Source: Thermoanaerobaculia bacterium (GTDB taxonomy: Bacteria > Acidobacteriota > Thermoanaerobaculia > Multivoradales > Multivoraceae). Taken from it: a stretch of 64,000 nt of DNA. The position numbers and the translations under genes were made by a program. Below the pieces are notes generated by a model. That model searched no databases, was not told the origin of the DNA, and worked only from the letters and a program-made list of their open reading frames with translations. Within the stretch, counting starts at the first letter, position 1. Each line of letters opens with the position of its first letter. The stretch spans positions 1,152,001-1,216,000 of the forward strand of contig OY762911.1 of the NCBI GenBank assembly GCA_963666565.1, read 5' to 3'. Positions 61,770 to 64,000 of this stretch are shown here, in pieces.

Positions 61770-63347
61770 TCAGGGGATGTTGACCAGTGTGTAGTACGCC
61801 TCCGGGTGAAGCAGCGGCTCGCCGGCGCCGCTACGGACTCCGTCGAGATGCAGTTCGTGGACGTAGCCCGCGCGCAGCGGCTCGACGGTCAGGCGGACGC
61901 TCATTCCGTCCTCGGCCACGCCGGCCGAGCGAACGGCGACCTCCAGCTTGTCCTCCTCGGGTCCGCCGTAGTTCTCGCTCAGCCGGTACGTGTAGCTCTC
62001 CATCCGGTAGGACGCCGTGTCGCCGGCTGCTTCCGGGTCGACCGGCGCGGTGAAGGTCAGTTCGAACCCGTCCGGCCGCGCCCGCATCTCGCGGATCTCG
62101 AACGGTGTGTCGCCGGTCCAGACGAGCCGCTGGAGACCGTGCGACTTCGGACCGATGCTGCCCCAGCCGCGCTCGGACAGGCCGGCGAAGAGCGAGCCGT
62201 CGTCCGCGAACGCCAGGCGGATCACGCCGCTGTCGAGGCCGCGCCGGAAGTTGAACGCGGCGCCCTGCCAGTGGCCGCCGACCTTCTCCAGGAACACCCG
62301 CATGACCATCGCGTGGTGCTGGTCGCCGACGAAGACCTGGCCGGCGAACGGTCCGAACCCGCCGCCGGTCGTGTCCCACCTGAGGCCGGACGGCGACTGG
62401 CCCATCTTCACGTAAGGGAACCAGACGGAAGGCATGCGGAAGTTGGGGATGAGCTCGGGCAGGTCCTTCATGAACGTCCCGCCTTCGGGCTGGCCGTCGG
62501 GCGGCGGCTCGACCAGCGACCCGGGGCGCCGGGTCGAACTCATGCCGTGCGGATGGCCGTGGAAGTCCCCGACCTCGATCAGCGAGAGCTTCGAGGCGTT
62601 GTTCCACTCGCCCTGGTTGTCGGTGTAGAAGACCTCGCCCCAGGGGCTGACCTCGATCCCGGCGGGCGAGCGCAGGCCCGCGGCGACGAACTCGGTGTCG
62701 CCGGTCGCGGGATCGACCCGCACCGCCCAGCCGCGCCAGTCCACGGGTCCGTACGGCTCGGCGCCGAACGGAATGTTGAGCGTCAGCCAGAGCTTGCCGT
62801 CCGGCGCCAGCCGCGGTCCGAAGACGTACTCGTGGTAGTCGCCGCTGGTCTCCCAGGCGTCGGACACGGTCTCGAAGACGTCGGCCCGGTCGTCGACGTC
62901 GGTGTCCCTGATCCGGGTCAGTTCGCCGCGCTGCGAGGTGTAGATCCAGCCGTCGAGTTCGAGCAGACCGAGCGGCTGTCCGAGCCCGAAGGCGTACTGC
63001 TTGAAGACGGGCGCCGGCGGATCGCCGAAGGCGTTCTCGACGATGAAGATCTCGCCGCGCCGGGTCGCCGCCATGATCCGGCCGTCCTGGAGTTGCAGCA
63101 GGCCGCCGACCTCCATCGACATGCCTTCGGGAAGCGGCATCGTCAGGACGCGGTAGTACCGCTCCTCGGCGGCGGTCTGCGAACCGAGCGCCTCCCGCTG
63201 GCTGGCGAGGAGCGCCTTCTCCATGTCTCGCCGGTCTTCCTCTTCGGGCGGTTCCTGGGCGACCGCCGGCAGCGGGAGCAGCGCCGCGAGCAGCGCGGTG
63301 GCGGCGGCCTGCCCGACGCTCGTTCGTTGGCAACGAGGGAACATCAC
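61770..63347 (-). CDS. Secreted beta-propeller protein (sugar-dehydrogenase-like, PVC large secreted protein type)
   Basis: Signal peptide; GLGQPLGL, DYHEYVFG, GLRSPAG, YTDNQGEW, GDFHGHP, AYYTLVNIP. Confidence 0.7.
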   Translation of the reverse strand: MMFPRCQRTSVGQAAATALLAALLPLPAVAQEPPEEEDRRDMEKALLASQREALGSQTAAEERYYRVLTMPLPEGMSMEVGGLLQLQDGRIMAATRRGEIFIVENAFGDPPAPVFKQYAFGLGQPLGLLELDGWIYTSQRGELTRIRDTDVDDRADVFETVSDAWETSGDYHEYVFGPRLAPDGKLWLTLNIPFGAEPYGPVDWRGWAVRVDPATGDTEFVAAGLRSPAGIEVSPWGEVFYTDNQGEWNNASKLSLIEVGDFHGHPHGMSSTRRPGSLVEPPPDGQPEGGTFMKDLPELIPNFRMPSVWFPYVKMGQSPSGLRWDTTGGGFGPFAGQVFVGDQHHAMVMRVFLEKVGGHWQGAAFNFRRGLDSGVIRLAFADDGSLFAGLSERGWGSIGPKSHGLQRLVWTGDTPFEIREMRARPDGFELTFTAPVDPEAAGDTASYRMESYTYRLSENYGGPEEDKLEVAVRSAGVAEDGMSVRLTVEPLRAGYVHELHLDGVRSGAGEPLLHPEAYYTLVNIP

Positions 63348-64000
63348 CAGGACAGGATCACATCCAGTTCGAGGGCGCCGTGCGGTTCAAGCTCGATCCG
63401 TTGCAGGAGTTGCCGGACGCCCTGGGAGTCGCGGAGGAGCGGCGTGAGATCCTCTTCGGAAACGAGCGAGACCTCGAGCGTGCCGTCGACGGTCCAGGCG
63501 CCCGCCGGACCCGGCGCGATCTCCGCGCCCTCGGCGAGCAGCAGGAAGAGCGGTCGCGGCGAGGCGCCCGCGGCGAGCCGGAAACGCCGCACCAGGTCGG
63601 CGCCGCCGGCGCCGGGCAGGGGCGTCGGCGTTTCCTCGATGACGACGTCTCCGAGGCGATAGCGGAGGGAGGGGCGCCCCAGATCGTCCAGGCGGTAGCC
63701 GAGGAAGCGGCCGCCGACGTTGCGGTCGTAGCGGCTCGTCGCCGGCCAGGGGCTGTCGACGTCGTCCAGATCGGCGAAGGCCGGACCCGCCGGCAGGTTG
63801 AGAACGTCCGTGCCGTACGGGCCGAAGAACTGCCCGGCTCTTCCCTGCCAGGTTCCCTTCGCGTCGAAGAAGGCGCCGCGCCAGACCTTCGCCAGGCGGA
63901 CCGCGTTGGCGTCGAAAGCGGCGTGGACGTTCTCCGGGTAGCCGATCGCGATCGCCCTGGGGCCGACGTCGATCATGTGCGTGCGGAAGACGAGCGGCCG
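63344..64000 (-). CDS. Partial CDS (C-terminus), probably DUF6797-like domain of a cytochrome-associated protein
   Basis: Frame open to the window edge (RPLVFRTHM..RAIAIG..AFDA..VW.G.F); GTGA overlap with the next gene. Confidence 0.55.
   Translation of the reverse strand, partial: RPLVFRTHMIDVGPRAIAIGYPENVHAAFDANAVRLAKVWRGAFFDAKGTWQGRAGQFFGPYGTDVLNLPAGPAFADLDDVDSPWPATSRYDRNVGGRFLGYRLDDLGRPSLRYRLGDVVIEETPTPLPGAGGADLVRRFRLAAGASPRPLFLLLAEGAEIAPGPAGAWTVDGTLEVSLVSEEDLTPLLRDSQGVRQLLQRIELEPHGALELDVILSW

Overview
High-GC bacterial DNA. The gene repertoire (CRTAC1/ASPIC-UnbV, multiheme-TPR, PQQ propellers, DUF885, sulfatase) is reminiscent of Acidobacteriota/PVC-type environmental bacteria; this is inference only. 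The backbone encodes an RND efflux module (MFP plus two permeases), tRNA-Ser(GCT), tRNA-Gln(CTG), two near-identical outer-membrane beta-barrels, a flavin monooxygenase, IorA/IorB-type molybdoenzyme subunits, a PQQ dehydrogenase, an HtrA protease, PGI, GST, TraB, and a long + strand cluster (sulfatase, PBP, multiheme-TPR, CRTAC1, two amidohydrolases, three EEIWH-motif lipoproteins, HD hydrolase). About 15 copies of a REP/REPIN-like palindromic repeat are scattered through it. Accessory modules are an orphan Phd antitoxin, two ABC-type ATPases (one with DUF4276), vapBC, a NYN RNase, a twin STAND-like ATPase operon, and a lower-GC operon (MTase, SF2 helicase, putative nuclease, GHKL ATPase) whose last gene is split by an IS3-family element. 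Top leads: (1) a NYN RNase transcribed behind a ~55-nt hairpin/U-tract leader from a TTGACA-17-TAGCCT promoter, a candidate RNA-antitoxin or attenuator system; (2) the four-gene MTase/helicase/nuclease/GHKL putative defence operon; (3) a UGA-readthrough selenoprotein with a SECIS-like hairpin; (4) the twin STAND ATPases with a palindromic operator. All calls come from reading motifs by eye; no database searches were run.
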